Source: an uncultured Verrucomicrobiae bacterium (GTDB taxonomy: Bacteria; Verrucomicrobiota; Verrucomicrobiia; Chthoniobacterales; UBA10450). Taken from it: 64,000 nt of DNA. The stretch spans positions 96,001 to 160,000 of the forward strand of contig CAVTMK010000003.1 in the NCBI GenBank assembly GCA_963735805.1, read 5' to 3'. Both the position numbers and the translations under genes were made by a program. Positions 20,601 to 29,724 of the stretch are shown here, in pieces. The notes beneath the pieces were generated by a model. That model saw nothing but the letters and a program-made list of their open reading frames with translations. It was not told where the DNA came from and did not search any database. Position 1 is the first letter of the stretch, and every line of letters begins with the position of its first letter.

Positions 20601-20826
20601 TGCTTTCATCTTCGGCCTTCTACCGCTTTGGTTTGCCACCGGCGCCGGTGCCGTCGCTCGCCGTGTCCTCGGCTCAACCGTGATTGGAGGAATGATCGCC
20701 GCAACAGCTATCGCGACTTTTCTTATCCCAGTGACGTTCTACGTAATTGAGCGGCTCTTCGCCGGACGCAAAGAAAAAACGGCCGCGCCGCAAGTTAACC
20801 AAACCAAGCCTCAGCCCGCAAGTTGA
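17665..20826 (+). CDS. RND efflux permease (HAE1, AcrB-like)
   Basis: FFVRRPI, LPIAQYPQIAPP, GLVVDDAIVVVE, GLAAKNAILIVEF, RLRPILMTS; 1053 aa. Confidence 0.96.
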   Translation: MSEFFVRRPIVAIVIAILMTLIGGVCILALPIAQYPQIAPPEIQVQTHYTGADALTIEQSVAAPIEQQMSGVDNMNYMYSINANSGDIRLIVDFDVATDPNIDQVLTQLRVSQAQSQLPADVINYGITVKKSTTAPLMLISLYSPKSSYDNIFLANYAYINLVDQLTRVPGIGNVQVFGAGQYAMRLWVKPDQLAKLGITVPDIISAVQKQNTVNPAGQIGGEPIPSGQMFTYTVRAQGRLQTPEEFGQIVVRANPDGSFVRVKDIARIDLGAQTYNLRGRLNGQPAAIIALYQLPGTNAVKAAEGVRKLMAEAKQRFPGDMDYAVSLDQTLSVTEGIREILKTLFEALALVVLVVFIFLQTWRATLIPLCAVPVSLIGTFVLFPLFGFSINTLSLFGLVLAIGLVVDDAIVVVEAVERHIEEGMSPRDATLQAMRDVSGVVIGVALVLSAVFIPTAFLPGITGRLYQQFALTIAISVIFSAFNALSLSPALAAMLLRPRKKTRGPVGWFFDRFNRVFASANRGYVSLSRVAIRKAVLSFALLAVVAVGAGLFGSRLPSSFLPEEDQGYIFLALQLPDAASLERTDQVCHKIEDFLSKTPGVQYTTSVIGFSLLSLVQNTYSAFFFVTFKPWSERTKPEEQYAAIKARLNQYLASLSEGIAFAFPPPAIPGVGTSGGFTFMLEDRAGKDVGFLAQNLKTFLDAARKRPELGTLIPTFLPNVPQVFVNVDRDKVVKQGIDLGQVYQTLQTFMGGFFVNYFNRFGRTWQVYIEAEGDYRDNANNVGQFYVRNSNGDSVPLDAISTIQNIAGPEFTLRYNEYRAAQINGSAAPGYSSYQAMNALEETFRQTMPREMGYDYLGLSFQEKKAQQGVSPTVVFGVSLIFVFLILAALYESWSLPFSVLLGTPVAVFGAFATLWLRGIQNNIFAQIGLIMLIGLAAKNAILIVEFAKDEYEKGKPLLDAALEGARLRLRPILMTSFAFIFGLLPLWFATGAGAVARRVLGSTVIGGMIAATAIATFLIPVTFYVIERLFAGRKEKTAAPQVNQTKPQPAS

Positions 20827-21031
20827 TGCCTAGTGTCTGCGGCTGATCGGGGCATAGGTATTTCACGTCTGTTTCGCTCCAAAAGGCGTTTGGCGCCGAC
20901 GGCCGACCGCGTGCCAGGCTGAGTGCCAGCTTTATCCCGAATGAGGGATTCAGCGCAGCCTCGCCAGTGGTAGCGGAAAATATCGCGAACGCGAAATAGC
21001 GGTGTCTTCTCGGACACACCTACTCTATCCA

Positions 21032-21289
21032 ATGAACACAAGCGACTCAGCATCTGATGGTCCTGTAGTGCAAGTTTCCCATCGCCGATCATTTCCACTT
21101 CGGACACTGATGGTTTGTTGCACGATCTGGCTCGTCGCCACTGAGGTTCTCATTTTTGATCAGATTAAGTTTAACGTCAGGATTGAACTACTGGAGCAAG
21201 CCACGCGAGCGATTCGCGGACAACAGCTGGTGCTTCCGATGGAACGACCATCTGATCTCCCAGATGACGCGAAAATGGAGAGACTTTGA
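21032..21289 (+). CDS. Hypothetical small single-TM protein
   Basis: 85-aa ORF with one hydrophobic segment; co-oriented with neighbours. Confidence 0.45.
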   Translation: MNTSDSASDGPVVQVSHRRSFPLRTLMVCCTIWLVATEVLIFDQIKFNVRIELLEQATRAIRGQQLVLPMERPSDLPDDAKMERL

Positions 21290-21456
21290 ACGTAAGATTC
21301 TGCGACGAATCAAAAGGCTCGGTCGCTCCAGCGGGATGGCGCGCAGATTATCTCTTTTGGGATAGCGAAAAATCTCTCGCACGCGCATTGGCGCATGATT
21401 TTGTCCAGGCTGAGCGTCTATGAGCCGCGGCCAAAACCAAGTTGTAAGGGGAAGTT

Positions 21457-22152
21457 ATGAAAATCGGAATTATCGGAGCTGGCAATATCGGCGGCGCACT
21501 GACTCGTCGTCTCACCGGACTCGGGCATAAGGTTTCCGTCGCGAATTCGAGAGGCCCTGAGACACTGAAGGATTTGGCGGCTGAGACCGGAGCGGCTCCA
21601 GTCACGGTAGAGCAAGCGGCCCAGGCTGGCGAGGTGGTTATTGTAACGATTCCCTTAAAGAACGTTCCGTCGTTGCCCGCGGGCTTGTTCGCGAAAACGC
21701 CCGAGAACGTCGTGGTCGTTGACACGGGCAATTATTACCCGCAACAACGGGACGGTCGGATTAAAGAAATCGAAGATGGATTGACCGAGAGTCAATGGGT
21801 CGAGAAGCAGCTAGGCCGGCCTGTCGTTAAAGCGTTCAACAACATTTATGCCGAGCATCTTTACAAACTCGGACGGCCATCCGGCAGCGCGGGGCGTATC
21901 GCCCTACCCGTCGCAGGTGACGACACCGCAGCGAAGACAATTGTGCTGCGACTTGTCGACGAGCTGGGATTTGACGGTGTAGACGCTGGTGGCATGGATG
22001 AGTCGTGGCGGCAACAGCCGGACACGCCGGTGTATGCCACGGATCTCGACGCCAATGGTGTGCGACGCGCTCTGGCAAAAGCCAGTAAGGAACGCAAACT
22101 TGCGTGGCGGGCTACTCCGGGTAGCCCCGGCACCTATGAATCTCCCGCATGA
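21457..22152 (+). CDS. NADP oxidoreductase (F420-dependent NADP reductase family)
   Basis: MKIGIIGAGNIG, ANSRGPE, DTGNYYP, VKAFNNI. Confidence 0.9.
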   Translation: MKIGIIGAGNIGGALTRRLTGLGHKVSVANSRGPETLKDLAAETGAAPVTVEQAAQAGEVVIVTIPLKNVPSLPAGLFAKTPENVVVVDTGNYYPQQRDGRIKEIEDGLTESQWVEKQLGRPVVKAFNNIYAEHLYKLGRPSGSAGRIALPVAGDDTAAKTIVLRLVDELGFDGVDAGGMDESWRQQPDTPVYATDLDANGVRRALAKASKERKLAWRATPGSPGTYESPA

Positions 22153-22193
22153 AGAACACTAAGAGATAAACGAAGACAAAGGGGGGCAAACTT

Positions 22194-23117
22194 ATGAGCA
22201 GGACCATTGAAGCTATCCAACATCATATGAGGCCTGCTAAACCCATTCCGGCGACGAGCACTCACAAAAGACCCGCGACAAAGAGCGGCACATTTTCGAT
22301 TGGCGGTAACCTTCCCGTTCACCGGCTGGGCTTTGGAGCCATGCAACTGACCGGTCCTGGTGTTTGGGGCGAACCAGCAGATCGCGCACAAGCAATCGCA
22401 GTCTTACGCCGTGCAATCGAACTCGGTATCAACCTAATCGACACGGCAGATTCGTATGGCCCTCATGTCAGCGAAGAACTAATTCGGGAGGCTTTGCATC
22501 CTTATCCGAAAGGACTAGTTATCGCGACCAAGGCCGGTCTTGCGCGGCCTGGCCCCAGTAGATGGATTCCCCTGGGCAGGCCCGAATACCTCCGACAGGA
22601 ATGCGAGATGAGCCTGCGACGATTGGGCGTCGAGCGTATCGATTTATTCCAATTACACCGAATTGATCCCAAGGTTCCAGCCGAGGATCAATTCGGAGCG
22701 CTGCGAGATCTTCAGAAAGAGGGCAAGATCCGACATGCCGGCCTTTCGGAAGTTAGTGTTGCGGAGATCGAGGCGGCGCTTCGTATCGTTCCAATCGCGA
22801 CCGTGCAAAATCAATACAACCTCGCGTACCGCAATTCGGAAGATGTCCTGGACTATTGCACTCGCAAAAGCATCGGGTTTATCCCGTGGTTCCCGCTCGC
22901 AACCGGCGATCTCGCGAAGCCCCACGGGCTATTGATAAAAATAGCCAGGAGACTTGGCGCAGCGCCAGCTCAGGTAGCTCTCGCGTGGTTGCTCAAGAGA
23001 TCTCCCGTGATGCTGCCGATCCCGGGAACTTCAAAAGTAAAACACCTCGAAGAGAATGCTGCTGCCGCTCTCCTCACTCTTGATGATTCCATCATGGAAG
23101 AACTAGCTAACGTATAA
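22194..23117 (+). CDS. Aldo/keto reductase
   Basis: [40 protein letters not shown]. Confidence 0.94.
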   Translation: MSRTIEAIQHHMRPAKPIPATSTHKRPATKSGTFSIGGNLPVHRLGFGAMQLTGPGVWGEPADRAQAIAVLRRAIELGINLIDTADSYGPHVSEELIREALHPYPKGLVIATKAGLARPGPSRWIPLGRPEYLRQECEMSLRRLGVERIDLFQLHRIDPKVPAEDQFGALRDLQKEGKIRHAGLSEVSVAEIEAALRIVPIATVQNQYNLAYRNSEDVLDYCTRKSIGFIPWFPLATGDLAKPHGLLIKIARRLGAAPAQVALAWLLKRSPVMLPIPGTSKVKHLEENAAAALLTLDDSIMEELANV

Positions 23118-23124
23118 CAAAACA

Positions 23125-23307
23125 ATGAATAGCAAAGACAATGCGACTGACAGAATGACGAACGGAAGCCCGACATGGGTCTCCGAGCTTCAACAGGAGA
23201 TTCATGAGGCACTTCGCCTTCAGCATCCAGAGTGGGTTGACCCCAACGGGGATTGTCCTACTTGCGAATCTTACGAATCTCGTCTCGCAGAGTTACTTGG
23301 TCTCTGA
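23125..23307 (+). CDS. Hypothetical 60-aa protein with CxxC
   Basis: ATG lies 7 nt after the AKR stop; QHPEWVDPNGDCPTCESYESRLAELL. Confidence 0.6.
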   Translation: MNSKDNATDRMTNGSPTWVSELQQEIHEALRLQHPEWVDPNGDCPTCESYESRLAELLGL

Positions 23308-23376
23308 TCAATAAGGGACTTGCGCCAGGCTTAAACGGCTGCTTGATATGGCAAAATGCCAAAACAACAAAGTATT

Positions 23377-24138
23377 ATGAAAATGAATACCAAAAAACTT
23401 GATGGCAAAGTGGCCATTGTGACCGGCGCGTCAAAAGGAATCGGCGCTGCAATCGCGAAACATCTCGCTGCCGAAGGCGCAGCGGTGGTCGTCAATTACT
23501 CCTCCAGCAAAGAAGGAGCCGATGGCGTCGTAGATGAAATCGCGAAACAACAAGGAAAGGCAATCGCGGTGCAGGGGGACGTCTCTAAGAAGGCGGACGT
23601 TCAGCGCCTGTTCGCAGAGGCGGAAAAGGCGTTCAGCCGCGTCGATATTCTGGTTAACAACGCCGGCGTCTATGAGTTTCTTCCTCTGGAAAACGTCACC
23701 GAAAAACATTTCCACAGACAGTTTGACGTAAATGTCCTCGGCTTGCTCCTGGCAATTCAAGAGGCGGTCAAATACTTTGGCCCGGAAGGTGGAAGCATCA
23801 TCAATATCAGCTCCAGCGCCAGCATGTCCGCTCCGCCCACGGCATCTGTTTACAGCGGCACTAAAGCGGCCGTGGACACCATCACCAAGTCGTTGTCGAA
23901 GGAACTTGGACCGCGCAATATCCGTGTCAACGTCATCAACCCCGGCATGGTGGAGACCGAGGGCTTGCATTCAGGCGGGTTCATAGGAAGTCAGTTTCAA
24001 AAATTGTTCGAATCACAAAGTCCGTTGGGACGGATCGGACAACCAGATGACGTGGCGCCTGCCGTCGTTTTTCTTGCTTCACAGGATGCCCGCTGGATCA
24101 CTGGCGAAACCCTGTTGGTCTCGGGTGGCTACAGTTAA
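23377..24138 (+). CDS. SDR oxidoreductase (glucose 1-dehydrogenase/FabG-like)
   Basis: TGASKGIG, NNAG, YSGTK, INPG. Confidence 0.93.
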   Translation: MKMNTKKLDGKVAIVTGASKGIGAAIAKHLAAEGAAVVVNYSSSKEGADGVVDEIAKQQGKAIAVQGDVSKKADVQRLFAEAEKAFSRVDILVNNAGVYEFLPLENVTEKHFHRQFDVNVLGLLLAIQEAVKYFGPEGGSIINISSSASMSAPPTASVYSGTKAAVDTITKSLSKELGPRNIRVNVINPGMVETEGLHSGGFIGSQFQKLFESQSPLGRIGQPDDVAPAVVFLASQDARWITGETLLVSGGYS

Positions 24139-24329
24139 GACCGGGGTGCCTGCTTGTCGATGCGCTCCGATAAATCTGCAAAACGGTACGGCTCGCTCGG
24201 CCACAACTAAGATCGCTGTCCTACGGACATTCACTCGAAAGAGGGAACGTCGAACAACTCTTCGGTGGCATCACAAAATCCCACGCATGCGCATTAGCCG
24301 GAGCGGAATTGTCATCGACACTTCAAGCC

Positions 24330-24542
24330 ATGAAAGTGATTCACTCCCTCAATCGATTAGTGCCGCAAGAAGCATCCGGCCACTCAACAATTCGGATCGC
24401 ACGTACACCGTGGCATATACGACGGCGAGATTCGCTTCCATTGCGTGAAGCCATTCCGCTTTGGTTCGCCATCTCCAGTCCGTTAATTGGTTTAATAATC
24501 GGATTTCTTGGCGCGTGGCTTGTCACCTGGCTAACCAGCTAG
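24330..24542 (+). CDS. Hypothetical small protein with C-terminal TM helix
   Basis: 70 aa ending SSPLIGLIIGFLGAWLVTWLTS. Confidence 0.5.
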   Translation: MKVIHSLNRLVPQEASGHSTIRIARTPWHIRRRDSLPLREAIPLWFAISSPLIGLIIGFLGAWLVTWLTS

Positions 24543-24576
24543 AAAGCCAGCAACAAAAGCAACTTCTTATAAATCC

Positions 24577-25044
24577 ATGAGCAAGGTAATCGAAGTAGAC
24601 TTCCTTCCGAAGGAAACCGATGCCGCTTTCTCCTGGTTAGATTCAATTAGCGATTCCGCGCGGCGGATCCTGATCGTTGATAACGACAGAAACAGCACTC
24701 ACGTGGTCAAGGTTCTTCTCGAAAAGACAGGCCGCTATCTGGTGCTCGAAGAGAATGATGCTACCAGGGCTCATCTGAGCGCTCGAAATTTTCGGCCAGA
24801 CCTGATCTTGCTTGATATCGTAATGGCGGAGACGGACGGCGGCGAAATCGCGGCACGAATTAAAGTCGACCCTGAATTGCAAGGCACACCAATCATCTTC
24901 CTAACTGCGCTCGTCACACGAACTGAAGCGAACACAGGCCTCCATATCGATGGACATCCATTTCTCGCCAAGCCAATCAATGTTCAAGAGTTGATCAATG
25001 CAATCGAAGGGCGTTTGTCCGCGCGCGCGCCGGCCTTCGGCTAA
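24577..25044 (+). CDS. Single-domain response regulator (CheY-like)
   Basis: ILIVDN, ILLDIVM (phospho-Asp), FLTA, LAKP. Confidence 0.88.
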   Translation: MSKVIEVDFLPKETDAAFSWLDSISDSARRILIVDNDRNSTHVVKVLLEKTGRYLVLEENDATRAHLSARNFRPDLILLDIVMAETDGGEIAARIKVDPELQGTPIIFLTALVTRTEANTGLHIDGHPFLAKPINVQELINAIEGRLSARAPAFG

Positions 25045-25295
25045 GCAAGGGTCCTGGGTTTCGTTAAGTCGTCAATCGTGTTCAATTGAATGATTCATCC
25101 GCTTAACGATTTAATCTGCCGAAGCTATTCGCTCGCCACATCATAGCAAAGCAAGGCGGGGCATTTCTTCGAGTTCCGTACCCAGGGGTAGGCTCTATCT
25201 CTCCAAAGAGAGACTCGGGAGCAACTCTTAGGTAGCACCGCAAAATCCCACGGAATCGCAATGGCTGTGGAGCCCGTCGTCTATGACGTTTAATT

Positions 25296-26324
25296 ATGAA
25301 AAAGATTAGATTTCTTGGTTTGGTAAGCGCCACTCTCGTTGGTCTTACCTTGCCAGTTTCAGCAGGTCCTCGGGGTGGCGGGGTAGGATTTGGAGGTGGC
25401 CACGCTGGCGGTGGCGGCCGGGCCGGAGGCCTTGTTGGTGGAGGTTCTCGCGCCGCGCCAGGTGTCTACGGCGGCGGCTTTCGAGGAGCACCGGCTTTCC
25501 GCGGAGCATACTTTACCGGTAGAAGTGTCGGCAGGCCAACTGTCGCACCTCGCTCCTATTATGGTCGGACTCGCATGACTGCCGCACAACCGCGCGGATT
25601 CAATCGCTCAGTTAGTCGGCCTGCAAGTCCGTATATTGGCAGATTCGCTGGTGCGACTCGGCAACCGAGCCGGGTAAACTCAACTACAGCACGAAGCCGC
25701 GCTTCAAATCCTCGGAGTTCCACCGCTGCGAGTCGCCAGACTGATCGCGTAGGCTCAATTGCCGGGCGCAACGACGTTTCGGACCGACGGACATCGGCGG
25801 CAGCAAGCCGCCAGACTGCGGCAAATCGCCAGTCATTCGTCAGGAGCCATGCTTCCGAGCGTCACGACGCGAATTGGCACCGGGACTGGAATCGGCACCA
25901 TTCACATTTCCACAACCACAAGGTCTTTGTTTTCGTTAACGGCTTTTGGTGGGGCCTGGATCCGTGGTTCTATCCGTACTACGCCAATGACTACTATCCA
26001 TATGATAACTACGGTTATAATCCGTACGACTATGGTTATGGTAATCCCTATGACTACTCTGCTAACCCCTACGATTACTATAACTACTCCCCTAATAACT
26101 ATGATGACCAGTCTGGTTATGCTGCGTCAGATCAATCTGCATCAAATGCGACTGTGGGCGCCGCTCAGTCGGAGTTGGCAAAGCTCGGTTACTATAACGG
26201 CGCGATCGACGGAACCGTGGGCGACCAAACAGAGGCCGCGGTTGCCCATTATCAAGAGGACAACGATCTCAGCGTGACAGGGACACTCGATACGCCTACG
26301 CTTCAATCACTGGGAGTTAGATAA
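25296..26324 (+). CDS. Secreted low-complexity protein with C-terminal peptidoglycan-binding domain
   Basis: Signal peptide; Gly-rich, Arg/Ser-rich and Tyr/Asp/Asn-rich segments; AQSELAKLGYYNGAIDG...T..A...YQ..NDL..TG.LD. Confidence 0.85.
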   Translation: MKKIRFLGLVSATLVGLTLPVSAGPRGGGVGFGGGHAGGGGRAGGLVGGGSRAAPGVYGGGFRGAPAFRGAYFTGRSVGRPTVAPRSYYGRTRMTAAQPRGFNRSVSRPASPYIGRFAGATRQPSRVNSTTARSRASNPRSSTAASRQTDRVGSIAGRNDVSDRRTSAAASRQTAANRQSFVRSHASERHDANWHRDWNRHHSHFHNHKVFVFVNGFWWGLDPWFYPYYANDYYPYDNYGYNPYDYGYGNPYDYSANPYDYYNYSPNNYDDQSGYAASDQSASNATVGAAQSELAKLGYYNGAIDGTVGDQTEAAVAHYQEDNDLSVTGTLDTPTLQSLGVR

Positions 26325-26341
26325 GGGTAATTACAAATATT

Positions 26342-26414
26342 GTGGACGCCCGCTATTGTCGAGGCGATCTAGCAGTTTCATGCTAGCAGCACGGCGACAC
26401 GGCGCCGTGGCTAA
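26342..26414. repeat. Degenerate REP doublet, family B
   Basis: ...TGTCGAGGCG...CACGGCGACACGGCGCCGTGGCTA, matching the copies at 30585 and 38370. Confidence 0.7.
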
Positions 26415-26507
26415 AGCGCTCGCATATTTGTGAGAAGAACTGCTACAGGAATGACCATAACTACACCATGAATTACGCTAGGAAAGAGTAATAAAGGACT
26501 GACATCT

Positions 26508-27302
26508 ATGGATCTGCAATTAGAAGGAAGGAAAGCGTTGATCACCGGCTCGACAGCCGGCATCGGCTTTGCTATCGCTCGGACCCTGGCAGGTGAAAGA
26601 GCGTCCGTGGTTATTACCGGCCGTACTCAGAATCGGGTTGATAACGCGGCGAGAAAGATTCAGCAGGAAATTGGCAGCGCAAGAGTCAACGGGATTGCTG
26701 CCGATCTGGCGACAGAGCATGGAATTGCGAAATGTATCGAAGCGCTGCCTACAGTCGATGTTCTTATCAATAATGTTGGAGTGTACGAGCCAAAACCGTT
26801 CGAGAAAATTACCGACGACGATTGGCATTCCATCATTGAGATAAATTTCATGAGCGGTGTGCGGTTATCGCGCCATTACCTGCCGAGGATGAAGGCGGCA
26901 AATTGGGGACGCATCATTTTCATCTCCAGCGAGTCCGCTGTGAACATTCCGGTTGAGATGATTCATTACGGTGTAACAAAGACGATGCAGGTGGCTTTGG
27001 CCCGCGGTCTGGCCGAAACGACCTCGGGGACTGGCGTCACAGTGAATTCAATCCTCGCCGGTCCGACACGATCCGAAGGCGTTGAACAATTCATCGCAGA
27101 TGTTGCAAAAAACAAGGGGATCCTGCCTGATGAAATAGAAAAGGATTTCTTTAAAACCGTGAGACCGAGCTCGTTGTTGCAACGATTTGCCACAATTGAA
27201 GAAGTAGCCGCATTGGTCGCCTTTGTGGCGAGCCCGATTTCATCTGCTACCAATGGCGCGGCCCTTCGTGTAGAAGGGGGCCTGCTTCGCTCAATCCTTT
27301 AG
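26508..27302 (+). CDS. SDR oxidoreductase
   Basis: TGSTAGIG, NNVG, SSES, YGVTK, GPTRSEG. Confidence 0.92.
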   Translation: MDLQLEGRKALITGSTAGIGFAIARTLAGERASVVITGRTQNRVDNAARKIQQEIGSARVNGIAADLATEHGIAKCIEALPTVDVLINNVGVYEPKPFEKITDDDWHSIIEINFMSGVRLSRHYLPRMKAANWGRIIFISSESAVNIPVEMIHYGVTKTMQVALARGLAETTSGTGVTVNSILAGPTRSEGVEQFIADVAKNKGILPDEIEKDFFKTVRPSSLLQRFATIEEVAALVAFVASPISSATNGAALRVEGGLLRSIL

Positions 27303-27325
27303 TCAATTCCTAAAAACCAATCGCT

Positions 27326-27399
27326 GTAGTCACGACGCTGTGTCGCCGTGCTGGGAGACCCAACACACCCCAAAAGCCTCGACGCAGCGAGGCGGCTAC
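27326..27399. repeat. REP doublet, family B (opposite orientation)
   Basis: GTAGTCACGACGCTGTGTCGCCGTG...GCCTCGACGCAGCGAGGCGGCTAC. Confidence 0.8.
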
Positions 27400-27487
27400 A
27401 ACATTTGCAAAAGGTGTTCAGACAAATTTCACTGTCGCCAAGACCAGTTTGCTGTCTTCTTTCGTTATTTTGACAGCAGATACGCCT

Positions 27488-28030
27488 ATGACCCAACAGC
27501 AAGATTTTGTTCAACCGAAGCAATTGCATTTCACAGACGACGGCATTTTCCCAAATAGCGTTCTGCCGTTGCTGTTCTATCAGCGGGCGATCGCGATTGA
27601 AGCCAAAGACCCTGCGTCGATCTTCGAGAAATGTTTCTTGGATAACGATTGGACTAACTCATGGCGGAACGGTGTTTATTCTTTTCCTCACTACCACAGT
27701 ACGTCACATGAAGCGCTTGGTGTTTATTCCGGCACAGCGACTTTGCGCCTCGGCGGCAAGGACGGCAGGAACGTCGAGGTGCAATCTGGCGACATAATTG
27801 TTATCCCCGCGGGTGTGGCGCACCAGAACATAGCCGACAGCGATAATTTCGGCGTTGTCGGAGCGTATCCCGGCGGTCGTGAGTGGGATTTGCTGCGGGG
27901 ATTACCGGACGAACGACCAAAGGCCGATCATAACATCGCGGCTTTGCCAATGCCGGATAGCGATCCGATTTACGGAAACGAAGGTCCATTGCGGCGTCTT
28001 TGGAAAGGCGCTGGTGCAAGCTCGAAGTAA
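27488..28030 (+). CDS. Cupin protein (YjlB-like)
   Basis: FPNSVLPLL, WRNGVYSFPHYHSTSHE, IPAGVAH, VVGAYP. Confidence 0.88.
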   Translation: MTQQQDFVQPKQLHFTDDGIFPNSVLPLLFYQRAIAIEAKDPASIFEKCFLDNDWTNSWRNGVYSFPHYHSTSHEALGVYSGTATLRLGGKDGRNVEVQSGDIIVIPAGVAHQNIADSDNFGVVGAYPGGREWDLLRGLPDERPKADHNIAALPMPDSDPIYGNEGPLRRLWKGAGASSK

Positions 28031-28051
28031 TTCATCGGAGATGAACAGATT

Positions 28052-28780
28052 GTAGGGCAAGCGCATCGCTTGCCAGGTGCTGATGTAAATTGGGAACGCG
28101 CGACATCGCTGGTGAAGCGCCTGCCCTCGAATTCGCAATTACCTTTATTGAAAAAACGTTGTGGGGCGGGTGTTCCCCCTGCCAAACTCTCAAGGTGGGC
28201 CACCCGCCAAGAATTCCGGTTCAGCTGCGCTGGGAACAATCGGTAATTTATTTCGTCACAATCTGCGTGAAACACCGCAAGTGTGTGTTGGCAAACGAGT
28301 CAGCTTTCAAGGCACTCAAGAGCGCGGCTGCAAAGCTTGAAGAATGGCGCGTTCTTGCAGCGATTCTGATGCCGGACCATCTTCATGCGGTCGTTGCGTC
28401 GAGTAAACGCGACGCTAAACTTGGCAATTTTTCCGCTGCGCTGAAACGATGGATGCGGAAAGGATTAAATGCGTCCTGGCAATGGCAGCCGGGTTCTTTT
28501 GATCGTTTGTTACGTTCCAATGAATCGCTCCATGAGAAGTGGCTTTATCTTCAGGAGAATCCGGTCCGTGCAGGTCTGGTTAAAGACTGGAAGGATTGGC
28601 CATACCGCTTCGAGTTTAACCCACAAAAAGAATCGTAGGGACGGCGCATTGGCTGTCGGGGCGGTTGCATGCTTTCCAATTCAGATCAGCGGAATGGCAG
28701 GCGATGCGCCCGCCCTACAACGTCTTGCTTACGTCAAAAGACTCGTGAATTGTAGGGCAAGCGCCCCGCTTGCCATTCCG
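28052..28780. mobile_element. RAYT locus (REPtron): tyrosine transposase flanked by GTAG-type REPs (family A)
   Basis: REP hairpins of the form GTAG-GGCAAGCG-n3-CGCTTGCC at 28052-74 and 28752-74. An inverted copy at 28696-28718. Degenerate copies near 28110, 28161 and 28635. Confidence 0.85.
28195..28638 (+). CDS. rayT: REP-associated tyrosine transposase (RAYT, Y1 HUH)
   Basis: IYFVTICV, ILMPDHLH (HUH), WQPGSFDRLLR, YLQENPVRAGLV..WPY. Start taken at GTG 28195 (uncertain). Confidence 0.9.
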   Translation: MGHPPRIPVQLRWEQSVIYFVTICVKHRKCVLANESAFKALKSAAAKLEEWRVLAAILMPDHLHAVVASSKRDAKLGNFSAALKRWMRKGLNASWQWQPGSFDRLLRSNESLHEKWLYLQENPVRAGLVKDWKDWPYRFEFNPQKES

Positions 28781-28815
28781 TTCTCGCGCGAGCTAACGCG
28801 GCATCAGTTTTGAAA

Positions 28816-29652
28816 ATGACTGCGTCTAAACAAATTTCTGTTGTTGCAAAGTTTCAGACTCTCCATGAGTCCGGATGTTTTGTGCTCCCTAACCCGTGGG
28901 ACATCGGAACGGCGATCGTTCTTGAACACCTCGGATTCAAAGCCCTCGCCACCACGTCAGCGGGTTTCGCGTTTTCACGCGGGAAACGCGATGGCGGCGT
29001 GCCGCGCGATGAAATGCTCGAGCACATCCGCGATATCGTCGAAACAACTACGTTACCCGTAAACGCTGATTTCCTGGGCGGCTACGCCGACGAACCAGAA
29101 AGCGTCGCAGCTAACGTGCGACTTTGTGTGACAACCGGCGTTGCTGGTTTATCGATCGAAGACAACACAGGTCGAAAGGATGTCCCCCTGTACGAGAAAA
29201 AACTGGCGACCGAACGCATTCGCGCTGCGCGATCGGCGATTGATGCTTCGGGGAGTGGCGCCGTGCTAACCGGTCGCTGCGAAGCCTGGCTGGTCCACGA
29301 TCCCAATCCGTTCCATACCGTTCTCGACAGGCTCGCTGCTTACGCTGAAGCCGGCGCTGATTGTCTCTACGCGCCTGGTGCCAGCCAACCCGATGAGATT
29401 ACGCAAATCGTGAAGATGGTCTCTCCAAAGCCGGTGAACATTCTCGTCTCAGGATTCAATCATCAGCTTTCACTGTCCCAACTGACCGATCTCGGTGTTC
29501 GCCGCATTTCTATCGGCTCCGGACTCGCGCTTGCTGCATGGGGCGTATTCCTCCGTGCTGCGAAAGACATCAAAGCAAACGGCACATTCAATCTTCTCGA
29601 TGACGGCGCTTCCTCTGCGGAACTGAATGAACTGTTTCGGGAAAAAAACTAA
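28816..29652 (+). CDS. Isocitrate lyase/PEP mutase family protein
   Basis: PNPWD, ATTSAGFA, LPVNADF, SIED, AGADCLYAP, GVRRISIG. Confidence 0.9.
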   Translation: MTASKQISVVAKFQTLHESGCFVLPNPWDIGTAIVLEHLGFKALATTSAGFAFSRGKRDGGVPRDEMLEHIRDIVETTTLPVNADFLGGYADEPESVAANVRLCVTTGVAGLSIEDNTGRKDVPLYEKKLATERIRAARSAIDASGSGAVLTGRCEAWLVHDPNPFHTVLDRLAAYAEAGADCLYAPGASQPDEITQIVKMVSPKPVNILVSGFNHQLSLSQLTDLGVRRISIGSGLALAAWGVFLRAAKDIKANGTFNLLDDGASSAELNELFREKN

Positions 29653-29724
29653 ATAGCGATCGCTTTCGATCGGCGTTCACAACTTCGGGTTGGAATTCTC
29701 CCCCAATCAAGCCATCATCGTCGG

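Noticed and set aside
20830..21000. Possible gene remnant after the RND permease (GHRYFTSVSLQKAFGADG...)
   Set aside because: It looks coding-like, but I cannot assign a family or a start.
28195..28638. IS200/IS605 element with TnpB
   Set aside because: No tnpB. Multiple GTAG REPs and the NPVRAGLV motif indicate RAYT.
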